This document shows, piece after piece, positions 31,501-40,235 of a stretch of DNA of 64,000 nt; the stretch's first letter is position 1; each line of letters starts with the position of its first letter. The notes beneath the pieces were generated by a model. The model worked only from the letters and a program-made list of their open reading frames with translations. It made no database searches and was not told the DNA's origin. The stretch comes from Candidatus Micrarchaeota archaeon (lineage in GTDB: Archaea > Micrarchaeota > Micrarchaeia > Micrarchaeales > Micrarchaeaceae). Position numbers and translations under genes: made by a program. The DNA lies in contig JAJYYU010000001.1 of the NCBI GenBank assembly GCA_021800515.1, forward strand, positions 6,975 to 70,974, given 5' to 3'.

Positions 31501-34500
31501 TGCTGCAACTTCCCCAGGAAACTGTGTATCAGAAGATTCTCAGAGCAGCTGCCAGAGTACACCTAACTGCGCATGGGTTGCGACAGGGCCTCAAGCATGT
31601 ATTTATATTCCTTTTCTTGGTACAAAATGCGCAGGTGGTTATACTTGTGAGCCAGTAACAGTAAAATCTAAATCCAGTAACCCTAACTGCCCAAGTGGCA
31701 CATCATACAATACTGCTGATCAGGTCTGTGAAAGCATGCCTACATCAGGATGGACCTGCTCAGGCACAGGGGAAACAGTGCATGAAACTTCTACACATGC
31801 ATCGACTGCAACATGCACATATGCAGCAACAAAGAAAATATCCTCATCAAATGACTTCTCATTTGCAGGAAACATCATTCTTTCTTATTCCACATCAGAC
31901 AAGACATTCAACATCGCGCAATATCTCTCAATGGGCGGACCTTACAACTCCTCAGTTCTGCGTAAAACGTATTCTCCATCGGATACAATAAAATATTCTA
32001 TGCACATTCCTCTTGCTCTTGTAGATTCACAGGGCAATCTTTATGTTCTTGACTACTGGGGATTCCAAGTCGGAAACAACCAGCCATCTGCAATGCTGAT
32101 GCTGCAAGCATTCTCAGGCAGCCAGCAAGTGCCTATCAATCCATTCCCTATTTATGATTATTTGTCGCCAAGCGTGAATATAGCCCAAATTGTAAATTCA
32201 ACGCGTATCTATCCTCCATATGGCTGGCCTCTGTCAGTAAATATATCAACTGGCACAGGCACTTCTGCAAGTGATTATCTGTCTTACTGCATCAATGGAT
32301 GCACTGTGCCTGCAGGAGAGCTTGCGCTGTATCCTGCAGAAAGCCCATTTCATACAAATTATCTACCATTAGGGCCACTTATTAAAGCAGAAGGCATTGC
32401 AAGTCCGAATACCCCTTCAAGTGGCATCAGCACTTATTGTCAAGGAAAAAGTAAGAGCCAGTGTGCTAGCACTAACGGGTGCTCATGGCAAGCAACTGCA
32501 ATGGGCGATGCATGTGAGGTTGCGCCAACATCTTCTACTTCATCTTCTTCATCCTCTTCATCATCAAGTTCAGGTTCATCATCCTCTTGTCCTGGAGACA
32601 CGATTGAAAATCCAGGAAACTGCGCAGTGGGTCTCTCGACGCACTGCTCGAACAATGTTCCAATGTGCCCAGTTCTTATACCGATCTCTCCAAAAGGAAG
32701 TTCTACTGTAAGCGCAACAACAGGTGCAGAATTTGGATCAGACATAGGGCTTCCTTCGTTAGGGTTCAGCTCGAATTATAATGGCACAGGATTCCTAATT
32801 GCGCACTCCGGCTTAAGCCAGGGAGGCCAGAGCCCTTATACAGAACTACTTGCATTTAAGATGCAGCTTTATAACTATTCAGTACCTTCCTACTTCGGAA
32901 ATGCGAGATACACATGTTATATAAACGAGCCGATGGTAACGCCGACTGGTGCTGCATTGTCAAGCAATATGCAAAGCTGCGAACTTGTCCAGGGCGCTGG
33001 TCTTGGGTCAATGTATCCTCCTCTAATTGTCACGCCAAGCCCTCTTAATTACTCTGAGAACCTTGGTAGTTCATTGACCTATCTTAACTTTGTAAATCTG
33101 CTATCCTCACTTATACCTCTTGGCTCAAACTGCGTCTCAGTAAACAAAAATACCCTTTCTGCAACTCAAACATGCACTTCATCTTCCTCATCATCTCCAA
33201 ATCCTTCATCTGCAGCATCAACATCGCCTACGAATCCAGGAACTTTGCCAAAAACCCAAGTGCCGATTACGCTTAATTCTTCTATCTATGGCTATTATCT
33301 TATCCCTTTCAATGTTGTTTATTCAGTGACCCAGAAGTGGAGTCCTGCGCTTATTCCTGGATCCCTAGTCCAGACCCAAGTTCCCGGTACAATTCCTCCT
33401 GTCTGTCCTCCTTTGCCAGCACCGTTTCCTGCTGTACCTAACCTTGTAGGTCTTGGTGGGACAAATCAAAACAACCCTCTTACATGGCAGAATCTTAGAT
33501 CATCACCTTCGAAATCTAATTTCCTGCTTGGGCTAGGCGGAACATCATTTAACTTCAATCAGATTACTGCTCCTGCCCAGTCTGTTCCAAGCCCTGTTAC
33601 ATACATAAAGAGCATTGTTGATTCAAATCCTAACCTTAACTCAACATCTGCATACCTCTGTACTCAGAAACTGACTTTTGGCACATCTGATTCCAACTCT
33701 GTGACCTTATGCAGTGCATACACTGCAAAAGCAGTGCTTGCGCCTAAAAGCAACAATCTTATAAACAGGATAGAAGGAGGCCAGACATTCCTCCAGTACA
33801 TAAACAACAATTATTATTATGAGCCTAACCTTTCTGACAAGAATCTGATAATACCTCCTGTGCTCGACTACAACCAGTTCACGAATAGGCTGTTCGGCGA
33901 GATGTATATAAATTCATCGATAATTGGGCAGTATTATAATCCAACACCTCTTGTGGTTGAATCTGCAAGGAATTATACATATGAGATGATCAGCTTTGCG
34001 CAGATAGGGCTCAGCGGCACAACATATAATTCTTATTCAGCAGAAGATGCGATTCCTGTAAAGCCTGTCTTTACAGGATTAACATCAGGAGTCGGCATAC
34101 CAACAGGTTATTACCAGCCAGTGCCATTTCCATTTTATCCAGCGCCAACATTTAGTTATATTCCATCGACAACTCAGACATATTTAAATATAACAGAGTT
34201 ATATGGACTTAATACATATAAGAACAGGATATACCTCAATATGCAGAATTCGCAAAACAAGATAGGGCAAAATCTTATGGGCTATAACAGGTTTATATAC
34301 ACATATGTAGACAGATTTAACAACATTATTTCAATGCCTTTAGATGTTGACTTTGCAAATATAATTGCAATAAATATGCAGTCTAGCGAACAGGTGAATC
34401 CAAACAATGGAAACCAGACCGCAGTATCTATATCGGGCAATGTTGTTGGAATTGGCGGTTCTCTTCTTAATACCCTCTCTTCCGGGAATATTTACCTGTA

Positions 34501-35362
34501 TTATGATTCAAATCTAAATTACTATGATATAGATCAGGGCCAAGGGCCAGGGCTCGGCAATGGCTATTACACCGCTGCCCAGACCTGCGCATTCGGCCTT
34601 CCTATGTACAACTGCACTGTTGCAAACCCTCTTGCGAGCATAACCCAACCTGATTGCAGTGGCCAGCAGAGCAACGAGTTCTCAAGATATATCTGCCAGG
34701 CGCAGCAGATAGCGACAGGATACCAGGCGCAGGATTCAGGCCCTAACATCGCAAGCACAGTGACATTCCATGCACCTGCTAATTGCAAGCCACCTATAAA
34801 TTCAATGCTCCAACTGCCGCAATACAACTGCAATATATATGGTTATTATGGTCTCCCAACAACCGGTACACTTAATGGATTCAAGGCATACTGCAGCCCT
34901 GATTTTGTAAATGGTACAGGCACGCTTACGACTGAAATGGGTCTTATGGCAGTAGTTCCTGTAACAAACGGACAGTTCTCGTATTCATTTAACACATGTG
35001 GCACGGGTACTGCTAAGGTAATAGCAGTATATTATGGAGACCCTGCCCCAGAGCCGCAGATAATAGTGCAAACCAATCTGTCTTACTCAACAGGTGCAAA
35101 TCAGTTCTTCAACAATGTGAACGATAAATATACTAGAGATACTCTTGAATACTCTTATGTTAATGCTCCTAATTCAACTGCAATATCCTTCCCAATCGGA
35201 AGCTATCTTTTGAGCTTTGGGAACATAAATGCTGCTTATGAAATAGTAGGCTTGGTCTTATTGGTTGCAGCAGCATCTGCTGCGGCAATCCTGTTAAATA
35301 GAAAACGCAGCCAGCGCATGCATGCAGATACCAAAGGGCACAAGAGGCGCAGCAGCAAATAA
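28502..35362 (+). CDS. giant secreted, C-terminally membrane-anchored surface protein (2286 aa)
   Basis: Signal-peptide-like N-terminus (KIYSLLFVSILLFVSLISFSSA). C-terminal TM plus basic tail (IVGLVLLVAAASAAAILLNRKRSQR...). Ser/Thr/Asn/Pro-rich with very many N-x-S/T sequons and two poly-Ser tracts. Duplicated Cys module and blade-like motifs (GDIYIISE, GQYVYIASP, GNLYVLDYWG). Confidence 0.85.
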   Translation: MNKTNRKFSNSMKIYSLLFVSILLFVSLISFSSAAKFTLKVAKGSILFGNVGLPSLNTCFWNTGSGQSLITKLSTPTVGYFPLGFNQRSATFFNCEYITAVSFTTNYPDAEQGVLVPLPSTTTLPSVTPLTQKVLDYNQQNAQWLITCPQAPDPSNTPEYFASNPGSFIGGDECLAPKIPLLSVIVLQNNYSWNTGSYSATMPLPSPGSMYAFSCFCQNGRTAYAEINNIFVLSPGTGTETNLAYSGSARDNGFAAPSNDLYNISNAYDSQSNIYSGVPSGAQQGIWTWNARYADFANAPTSELTQTSSHGLYFYFTYRLMSPWVGLAFGQPYGPLLCPVWIPPTPVSPPISLCTEQYTCKYSYSYSETSSINSIANSNIIIPTAPSTTKQGASSLTTWGKVPILPYLLYNISIPVIQSDITGNSLLYLNGSYDLYSAHNFLNPGNYLDPLKLELNSSMFVNVKTSSGYQLEEFPSNMLSFNSAEVSAIMNAKYANNKNSQYFIAGGKSSFLTTIGNSQSASSQSLANCFSGGAHNCNAESVTQFCSENPNSCPAATKAKKSFISIFNASSLTITPVTGANNSYDFAPSSSSNSISYVPTTSKSAPSKSVSVTPQHTSQPASYTPFTGPIQIPNPVYATVTPEGDIYIISETSSTTCSGGLWCIFDIKNAVNVNENLIILQPIPKGYYNLSIYQPGTVSGPVGLPSPSYAAWQNTWENYWKNSVTEQSNTIYVTTIIPVASGQIDFGWFSQHVSAASGNIGGFYTNAIENAGQALNTIQNALGNAWSSLSSFVSSGIPSVFVPTPVSSSLTSAASSSPAVSSETSISIPPDFASSSSSSSSSSSSSSSCSSGSSMVTAFIPTSITSDYQGDLFMLGYTTSNGQTVLKIFELLKNPLSGYQNCEVSTINNPTSPTDEFAVSPGGQYVYIASPLIPNNVLVYQNNGPSATHPKPQYTCPQGGSLLSSSSTTCSTTANPPSCASGAGSFNTKYQVCMVSPAGVAATSPGNCVSEDSQSSCQSTPNCAWVATGPQACIYIPFLGTKCAGGYTCEPVTVKSKSSNPNCPSGTSYNTADQVCESMPTSGWTCSGTGETVHETSTHASTATCTYAATKKISSSNDFSFAGNIILSYSTSDKTFNIAQYLSMGGPYNSSVLRKTYSPSDTIKYSMHIPLALVDSQGNLYVLDYWGFQVGNNQPSAMLMLQAFSGSQQVPINPFPIYDYLSPSVNIAQIVNSTRIYPPYGWPLSVNISTGTGTSASDYLSYCINGCTVPAGELALYPAESPFHTNYLPLGPLIKAEGIASPNTPSSGISTYCQGKSKSQCASTNGCSWQATAMGDACEVAPTSSTSSSSSSSSSSSGSSSSCPGDTIENPGNCAVGLSTHCSNNVPMCPVLIPISPKGSSTVSATTGAEFGSDIGLPSLGFSSNYNGTGFLIAHSGLSQGGQSPYTELLAFKMQLYNYSVPSYFGNARYTCYINEPMVTPTGAALSSNMQSCELVQGAGLGSMYPPLIVTPSPLNYSENLGSSLTYLNFVNLLSSLIPLGSNCVSVNKNTLSATQTCTSSSSSSPNPSSAASTSPTNPGTLPKTQVPITLNSSIYGYYLIPFNVVYSVTQKWSPALIPGSLVQTQVPGTIPPVCPPLPAPFPAVPNLVGLGGTNQNNPLTWQNLRSSPSKSNFLLGLGGTSFNFNQITAPAQSVPSPVTYIKSIVDSNPNLNSTSAYLCTQKLTFGTSDSNSVTLCSAYTAKAVLAPKSNNLINRIEGGQTFLQYINNNYYYEPNLSDKNLIIPPVLDYNQFTNRLFGEMYINSSIIGQYYNPTPLVVESARNYTYEMISFAQIGLSGTTYNSYSAEDAIPVKPVFTGLTSGVGIPTGYYQPVPFPFYPAPTFSYIPSTTQTYLNITELYGLNTYKNRIYLNMQNSQNKIGQNLMGYNRFIYTYVDRFNNIISMPLDVDFANIIAINMQSSEQVNPNNGNQTAVSISGNVVGIGGSLLNTLSSGNIYLYYDSNLNYYDIDQGQGPGLGNGYYTAAQTCAFGLPMYNCTVANPLASITQPDCSGQQSNEFSRYICQAQQIATGYQAQDSGPNIASTVTFHAPANCKPPINSMLQLPQYNCNIYGYYGLPTTGTLNGFKAYCSPDFVNGTGTLTTEMGLMAVVPVTNGQFSYSFNTCGTGTAKVIAVYYGDPAPEPQIIVQTNLSYSTGANQFFNNVNDKYTRDTLEYSYVNAPNSTAISFPIGSYLLSFGNINAAYEIVGLVLLVAAASAAAILLNRKRSQRMHADTKGHKRRSSK

Positions 35363-35401
35363 AAGCAAGGATTAAAAATGAAAAATACAATATATAATAA
35401 G

Positions 35402-35458
35402 AATTTTTAAAGAAGTTTCATCAAAAGAAACTTTTAGGAAAAGTTTCATCAAAAGAAA
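35402..35458 (+). repeat. tandem hairpin-element dimer (degenerate type I + type II)
   Basis: AATTTTTAAAGAAGTTTCATCAAAAGAAACTTTTAGGAAAAGTTTCATCAAAAGAAA. Positions 35425..35455 are 29/31 identical to the tRNA-Ala intron, with a perfect 9-bp stem GAAACTTTT/AAAAGTTTC. Begins 40 nt after the giant-gene stop. Confidence 0.8.
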
Positions 35459-35506
35459 GGCATGTATAAAAAAGCAGAATAAATAAAGTAAAAAAAGAAT
35501 GAGAAA

Positions 35507-37696
35507 ATGATTATTTTAAGCTTCAGCGCGATACTAACACTGGTGCCTATAATAGTGATAATAATACTCATAGGAGCTGCGGCAGGGCTCTCAAGAGGCA
35601 TGGACTTTTTCTCTTTTTTTGGACTTAGCTCATTGCTTGGCTTTTCGCAAGGGGGCGGTGCTGGCAAAGGCTTCAAGTCTCTAGGAAATATAAAGACCAG
35701 TGCAAGCGCAAAGACATTGGCAAACGCAAGAAAAGCAGCCACAAAAGGCATACCTAAATATTTTAATGAGCAAAAAGCAAAAAAGCAGAAGCTAACAACA
35801 AGGATGTTTGAAATAGCGCAAGGTTTATCCCGTACTGGGGGAGCAGCAAAAACACCTTCTGTACTAGAAAAGCAGGTGCCTAAAGGGAAACCAGGAGGCG
35901 CGGCTGTTGCAGCAGCGCCTGCAGGGCTTTCTGCGTCTGGTTTTGTGCTTATGTCGATAGGAGGTGCAACTTTCGGGCTGGCTGAGAAAACCAAAAAGTT
36001 AGAGGAAGACAAAAAAAAGCAGCTTGAAAAACAGGCTTCAAATAAAATAAACACATTGAATGCTGAAAAGAAAAGATTAGAAGAACAGCGCAAAAAAATT
36101 GAAAATAAAATATCTGAAAAGAAAACTGAAAAGAAAGAGCAAGCAAAATCCAAGAAAACAGTATTTCATCTTTCTGGCTTTGGCTATGAATCTGTGAAAG
36201 GCCAGAAGCGCACTGTTAATGTAAGCATGCCTATCATAGGGTTGTTTTCAAAGAAATCACAAGTAGATACGCTTGAGGAAAAAATAGAAAAAATAGAACG
36301 CAAGCAAAATAATATTGACTACAAAATTAAATCTCAATATCTTAAAGACTTTAAAAAATCAAATCCAGAGGCGTATAAGTCTATCCAAACATATGTTAAA
36401 AACTCAGAGCGCACAGTGCATGATGCTGCGCTTGGATCTTATTTCAGAGTCGGAAACCAGACACTGCCACAACGTGTATTCGGTTTTTTTACTGGCCAGC
36501 ATCATCTTATGGCTCAAGATATTACAAATAATAAGATAAGCCCTGAGCAGTATCTTAAGACTCCGCGCATTGAAGAGAAACTGGTAGAAAGAGGTGTTTC
36601 AAAAGAAAGCATCGGATATTTCAGAAGCCAAGCGCATAAAATCAATCTTGAAGCAATCAGAAATGAGCTTAAAGCTGCAAGCGGTTTTGTTCCAGGCGCA
36701 GGTGTACAAAATTCGCCGACAGTTATGCCTGCATCTGCCCTTAATACCTCCACAGCAGCAAAGCAAAGAAATGAAGGTTATCTAGATCTGACAAGCGCAC
36801 TCCTGTTTAAAAATTCTATGAAAGATAATAATATAAGTTTGTCAGATAAGGATGCATCAGACTTGATAGATGCAATTAATAAAAAGAACTCTGCAAAAGA
36901 GGCTGAAATTCTTTCAAGAAACAATGTAATCCTAAATGAAGAAAACCGCCAAAAAATAATGGATTCATACAAAGAGTCTAGGAGGGAAGCGGCATTGATT
37001 GTGAAGGAAACCAATAGTAAAACTGTTTCTGAGTTCGCAGATAGGGTCAATGAAAACATACATGAACATTTCCAAGAAATGCATACAGAGCTTTTCAAAT
37101 CAGATCTTATTTCTAATCTTAAAAATAACAATCCTTCTTTATTGGATGAGATAAACCAGAAAATAAATAATTATAGCCCATATTCTCCTTCTGATCTTGC
37201 AAATTCAATGACCATGGAGCTGCTCAAGCAGAAGATAGGCAGTAAGCCTGTAACACAGGAAGCATATGATTATTTAAAAAGTGAGGCAATCAAAACAGAT
37301 CCTAACTTGGCGCACTCACTTGATGGAATTAAAATCAGCAGCAATGGAATGTCTTTGTCGACAGTGCGCAATGCACTTGCAGATTCGAATGATACAGTAA
37401 ATGAGAAATACCTGCGTAGAGCAGTTGATTTTGCAACTGCTGAGACAACGCATTTAATGAGCAATAAATCTAATCTTAAAAATATAGCAAACGAGTATGC
37501 AGCTATTTCAGAAGCCAAGAAAAAAACAGCATTTGAGGATACTATTCTTGGCAAGCACCTTCAGCAGATACTTGAAAAAGAGAAAGCGCAAAGGAAACAG
37601 GAAAGCGAAGAGGAGGAAGAGCGCGAGATCAATAGGGAAAAAGCAGCAGAAGAAAGGGAAAAACAGAAGAAAATCGAGGAAAATAAGGACAAATGA
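35507..37696 (+). CDS. hypothetical membrane / coiled-coil protein (729 aa)
   Basis: N-terminal TM (ILTLVPIIVIIILIGAAAGL), a Gly/Ala-rich region with a second hydrophobic segment (GLSASGFVLMSIGGATFGLA), Lys/Glu-rich coiled-coil stretches and an acidic/basic tail. No family recognised. Confidence 0.7.
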   Translation: MIILSFSAILTLVPIIVIIILIGAAAGLSRGMDFFSFFGLSSLLGFSQGGGAGKGFKSLGNIKTSASAKTLANARKAATKGIPKYFNEQKAKKQKLTTRMFEIAQGLSRTGGAAKTPSVLEKQVPKGKPGGAAVAAAPAGLSASGFVLMSIGGATFGLAEKTKKLEEDKKKQLEKQASNKINTLNAEKKRLEEQRKKIENKISEKKTEKKEQAKSKKTVFHLSGFGYESVKGQKRTVNVSMPIIGLFSKKSQVDTLEEKIEKIERKQNNIDYKIKSQYLKDFKKSNPEAYKSIQTYVKNSERTVHDAALGSYFRVGNQTLPQRVFGFFTGQHHLMAQDITNNKISPEQYLKTPRIEEKLVERGVSKESIGYFRSQAHKINLEAIRNELKAASGFVPGAGVQNSPTVMPASALNTSTAAKQRNEGYLDLTSALLFKNSMKDNNISLSDKDASDLIDAINKKNSAKEAEILSRNNVILNEENRQKIMDSYKESRREAALIVKETNSKTVSEFADRVNENIHEHFQEMHTELFKSDLISNLKNNNPSLLDEINQKINNYSPYSPSDLANSMTMELLKQKIGSKPVTQEAYDYLKSEAIKTDPNLAHSLDGIKISSNGMSLSTVRNALADSNDTVNEKYLRRAVDFATAETTHLMSNKSNLKNIANEYAAISEAKKKTAFEDTILGKHLQQILEKEKAQRKQESEEEEEREINREKAAEEREKQKKIEENKDK

Positions 37697-38054
37697 TTTT
37701 ATATATCATGCGCATGGCTTGAAACTACGCTTTTATTTAAAACTTAGATTATAAATAAAAGATTTAAATATTTTCTTAATGAATAATATAATATCATTTT
37801 CTGCTGAGCTTATCACAGAAAATTTGTAAAGGCGCTAGTCTTTTGGATTGGCCATGCAGTATTTATGTATTCCTTTATCATTTGTATTATATTTAAATTT
37901 AAATTATTCCAATTTATTCCATTAATTATTTATTATATTGACTTTTATTTTTATTTATTTTTATTATATTAATTGTTTATTAATTACTATTTTAGTGTCT
38001 GAATTTCTGAATTAACTATTTATCTTAAATTATCTTGAAAATGTCGTGTTTATT

Positions 38055-38468
38055 ATGAATAATACCCTAAATAACAAGCTTATAGCAGTGATAAGGATAA
38101 GGGGCAGAGTCAATGTCAAGACAAATATAAAGGAGACAATGAAAAGACTCAATCTGAACTATGTCAATAACTGCGTGCTTCTGAATGTGACTGATTCCTA
38201 TTTCGGAATGATAAAGCAATGCGAGAACTATGTGGCGTATGGAGAAATAAATAAGGAAAACCTTGAAGCTCTCCTTGCAAAGAATGGGATAAAGCAAAGC
38301 GCTGATGATTTTATTGCAAATAAGAGTGATATAAATGCTCTGAAGACAGTATTCAGGCTGCATCCTCCAAAGCATGGATTCAAAAGCACAAAGCTGAATT
38401 TCAAACAGGGTGGCTCTCTTGGGTATATGGGCGAGCAAATAAATGAGTTAATTAACAGGATGATATAA
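38055..38468 (+). CDS. rpl30p: 50S ribosomal protein L30 (uL30)
   Basis: LIAVIRIRGRVNVKTNIKETMKRLNLNYVNNCVLL is typical of archaeal L30. ORF is open from GTG 38046. Confidence 0.88.
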   Translation: MNNTLNNKLIAVIRIRGRVNVKTNIKETMKRLNLNYVNNCVLLNVTDSYFGMIKQCENYVAYGEINKENLEALLAKNGIKQSADDFIANKSDINALKTVFRLHPPKHGFKSTKLNFKQGGSLGYMGEQINELINRMI

Positions 38469-38569
38469 TAAGGCAATGAATGATATATCCCCTAAATTAA
38501 ATTATATTAATATTAATGCCTTTAATAGTATTTTAATAACTTTAATAGATTAAAAATATAACTTTATGA

Positions 38570-38968
38570 ATGATTAAAATGGTAGTTAGAAAAGATAAAA
38601 AATCAAGAAAGCACCTTGGAGCGAGAAGATGGGGCAGAGGCAACATCAAAAATGGAAGAGGCGCAGGAGATAGGGGAGGAGTCGGAAACGGAGGCAAAAA
38701 GCACAGCTTTACATGGTATACTGCAAAAGCTCCTGAGCTGATAGGCAGGCCAAAGGGCTTTGTTAATCCAAATAGAAAGGCACTTGACTATGTTACATTG
38801 GCGCAGATAAGCAAGATGGATAGAAGTGAGCAGGAATTAGAGTTTCCGGGTTTCAAAATTCTTAGCAATGGGAATCTTTCAAGGCCAGTAACAATCAAAG
38901 CATCAAAATTTTCAAAGAAGGCAGAAGATAAAATCAAGGCAGCAGGGGGCCAGGCAATAGTTGTTTAA
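38570..38968 (+). CDS. rpl15p: 50S ribosomal protein L15 (uL15)
   Basis: KSRKHLGARRWGRGNIKNGRGAGDRGGVGNGG Gly/Arg-rich N-terminus. Follows L30 as in the conserved cluster. Confidence 0.88.
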   Translation: MIKMVVRKDKKSRKHLGARRWGRGNIKNGRGAGDRGGVGNGGKKHSFTWYTAKAPELIGRPKGFVNPNRKALDYVTLAQISKMDRSEQELEFPGFKILSNGNLSRPVTIKASKFSKKAEDKIKAAGGQAIVV

Positions 38969-39062
38969 AAGTTATTATTTCAGAATTTTAATTGCAATCT
39001 GTTTTTTTAAATGCCTTTCCATTTGCGCTCTTCTTATCTGCGAATTTAGTTAGGGTGCTGAT

Positions 39063-40235
39063 TTGAAGCCATTGACAATAGTTTTTTATACAGACTCCTA
39101 TATACCTGCAGTCGATGGTGTTGTCACGTCGATAGTGAATTTTAGTGCAGAGCTCGAGCGGAGGGGCCATAAGGTATACATATTCACTAGCGGGGATGCA
39201 GTTACAAAGCTTAAATCAAGGAACAAGAATGTGATTGTAATAAAAGGAATAAAATTCAGGAATTATCCCCAGTACAATCTTGCGTTATTCCCATTTTTCA
39301 GCTCGCTGAAGCTTTATAAGATTAATCCTGATATAATACATGTGCAGACTCCTTTTACAATGGGCATCTCAGGCCTAGCATCCGCAAAACTGAGTAGGAT
39401 TCCGGTTGTCTCCAGCTTTCATACTCTTTTTATGGATAAATCAATATTAAAGGAGTATGCGCCGAAAAATAAATATATAAAAAACCTGTTTTTTAAGTAC
39501 TCATGGAAATATACAAGGTTTTTCTATAATAGTACAAGCAATATAATCGTACCGAGCGATTCCATCAGGAAGTTGCTGCAAAAGCATGGGATCAGGAGCG
39601 AGATTCACATTGTGCCTAACGGACTTAACCAAAATTATTTCAATGCAAATGTCAATGGTGCGGCTCTTAGGCAAAAACTGTTCAAAGGCAAACATGATAA
39701 AATTGTGCTTTATGCAGGTAGACTTAGCAGGGAAAAGAAGCTTGAGGTCCTGATAAAAGCTGCAAAGGTCCTTGATACCAACATAAAGTTTGTAATTGTC
39801 GGCGATGGGCCTGCAGGGGAATATTATAAGGAAATAGTTAAAAGGAGCGGACTGCAGGATAGGTTCAAATTTATTGGATTCGTTACGCACAGGCATCTTG
39901 GCAGGTACTATGCAGCATGTGATCTATTTTGCATTCCCTCTACATTTGAAACCCAGGGCCTTGTAGCGCTTGAAGCGATGGCATGCGGGAAGCCGGTCGT
40001 TGGCGCAAGCAGGCTCGCGCTCAAGGATATAATAAAAAAAGGAAAAAATGGAGAGCTATTCACGCCAAATGACTACAAAAGCTGCGCCAGAAAAATAAGA
40101 AAAGTATTAAATAACACAAAACACTATAAATATAGTATAGAAACAGCGCGCAATTATTCTGTTGAGAAAATGACAGATAAATTAATCAGCGTATATAAAA
40201 AGGTTATTGCAAGTAATAATAAATTGAATAATTAA
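39063..40235 (+). CDS. GT4-family (GT-B fold) glycosyltransferase
   Basis: 390 aa with a TTG start. N-terminal FYTDSYIPAVDGVV and a C-terminal E-x7-E-type segment FETQGLVALEAMACGKPVV. Confidence 0.85.
   Translation: MKPLTIVFYTDSYIPAVDGVVTSIVNFSAELERRGHKVYIFTSGDAVTKLKSRNKNVIVIKGIKFRNYPQYNLALFPFFSSLKLYKINPDIIHVQTPFTMGISGLASAKLSRIPVVSSFHTLFMDKSILKEYAPKNKYIKNLFFKYSWKYTRFFYNSTSNIIVPSDSIRKLLQKHGIRSEIHIVPNGLNQNYFNANVNGAALRQKLFKGKHDKIVLYAGRLSREKKLEVLIKAAKVLDTNIKFVIVGDGPAGEYYKEIVKRSGLQDRFKFIGFVTHRHLGRYYAACDLFCIPSTFETQGLVALEAMACGKPVVGASRLALKDIIKKGKNGELFTPNDYKSCARKIRKVLNNTKHYKYSIETARNYSVEKMTDKLISVYKKVIASNNKLNN

Noticed and set aside
28502-35362. Giant surface gene considered as the target of a diversity-generating retroelement
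   Set aside because: There is no reverse transcriptase gene and no template/variable repeat pair anywhere in the window. The duplicated Cys modules differ at all base types, not specifically at adenines.
35402-35458. Tandem hairpin units (also at 43025..43088) considered as a mini-CRISPR array
   Set aside because: The units abut or overlap with no spacers, there are only two per locus, and no cas genes are in the window.
35449-36153. 234-aa minus-strand hydrophobic ORF overlapping the start of the 729-aa gene
   Set aside because: It is the antisense reading of a purine-rich Lys/Glu/Ala-coding region, which gives Phe/Ser/Leu-rich pseudo-membrane sequence. The plus-strand ORF is three times longer and continuous.
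38988-39170. 60-aa minus-strand ORF overlapping the glycosyltransferase start
   Set aside because: It is short and featureless and overlaps the 5' end of a well-supported gene on the other strand.
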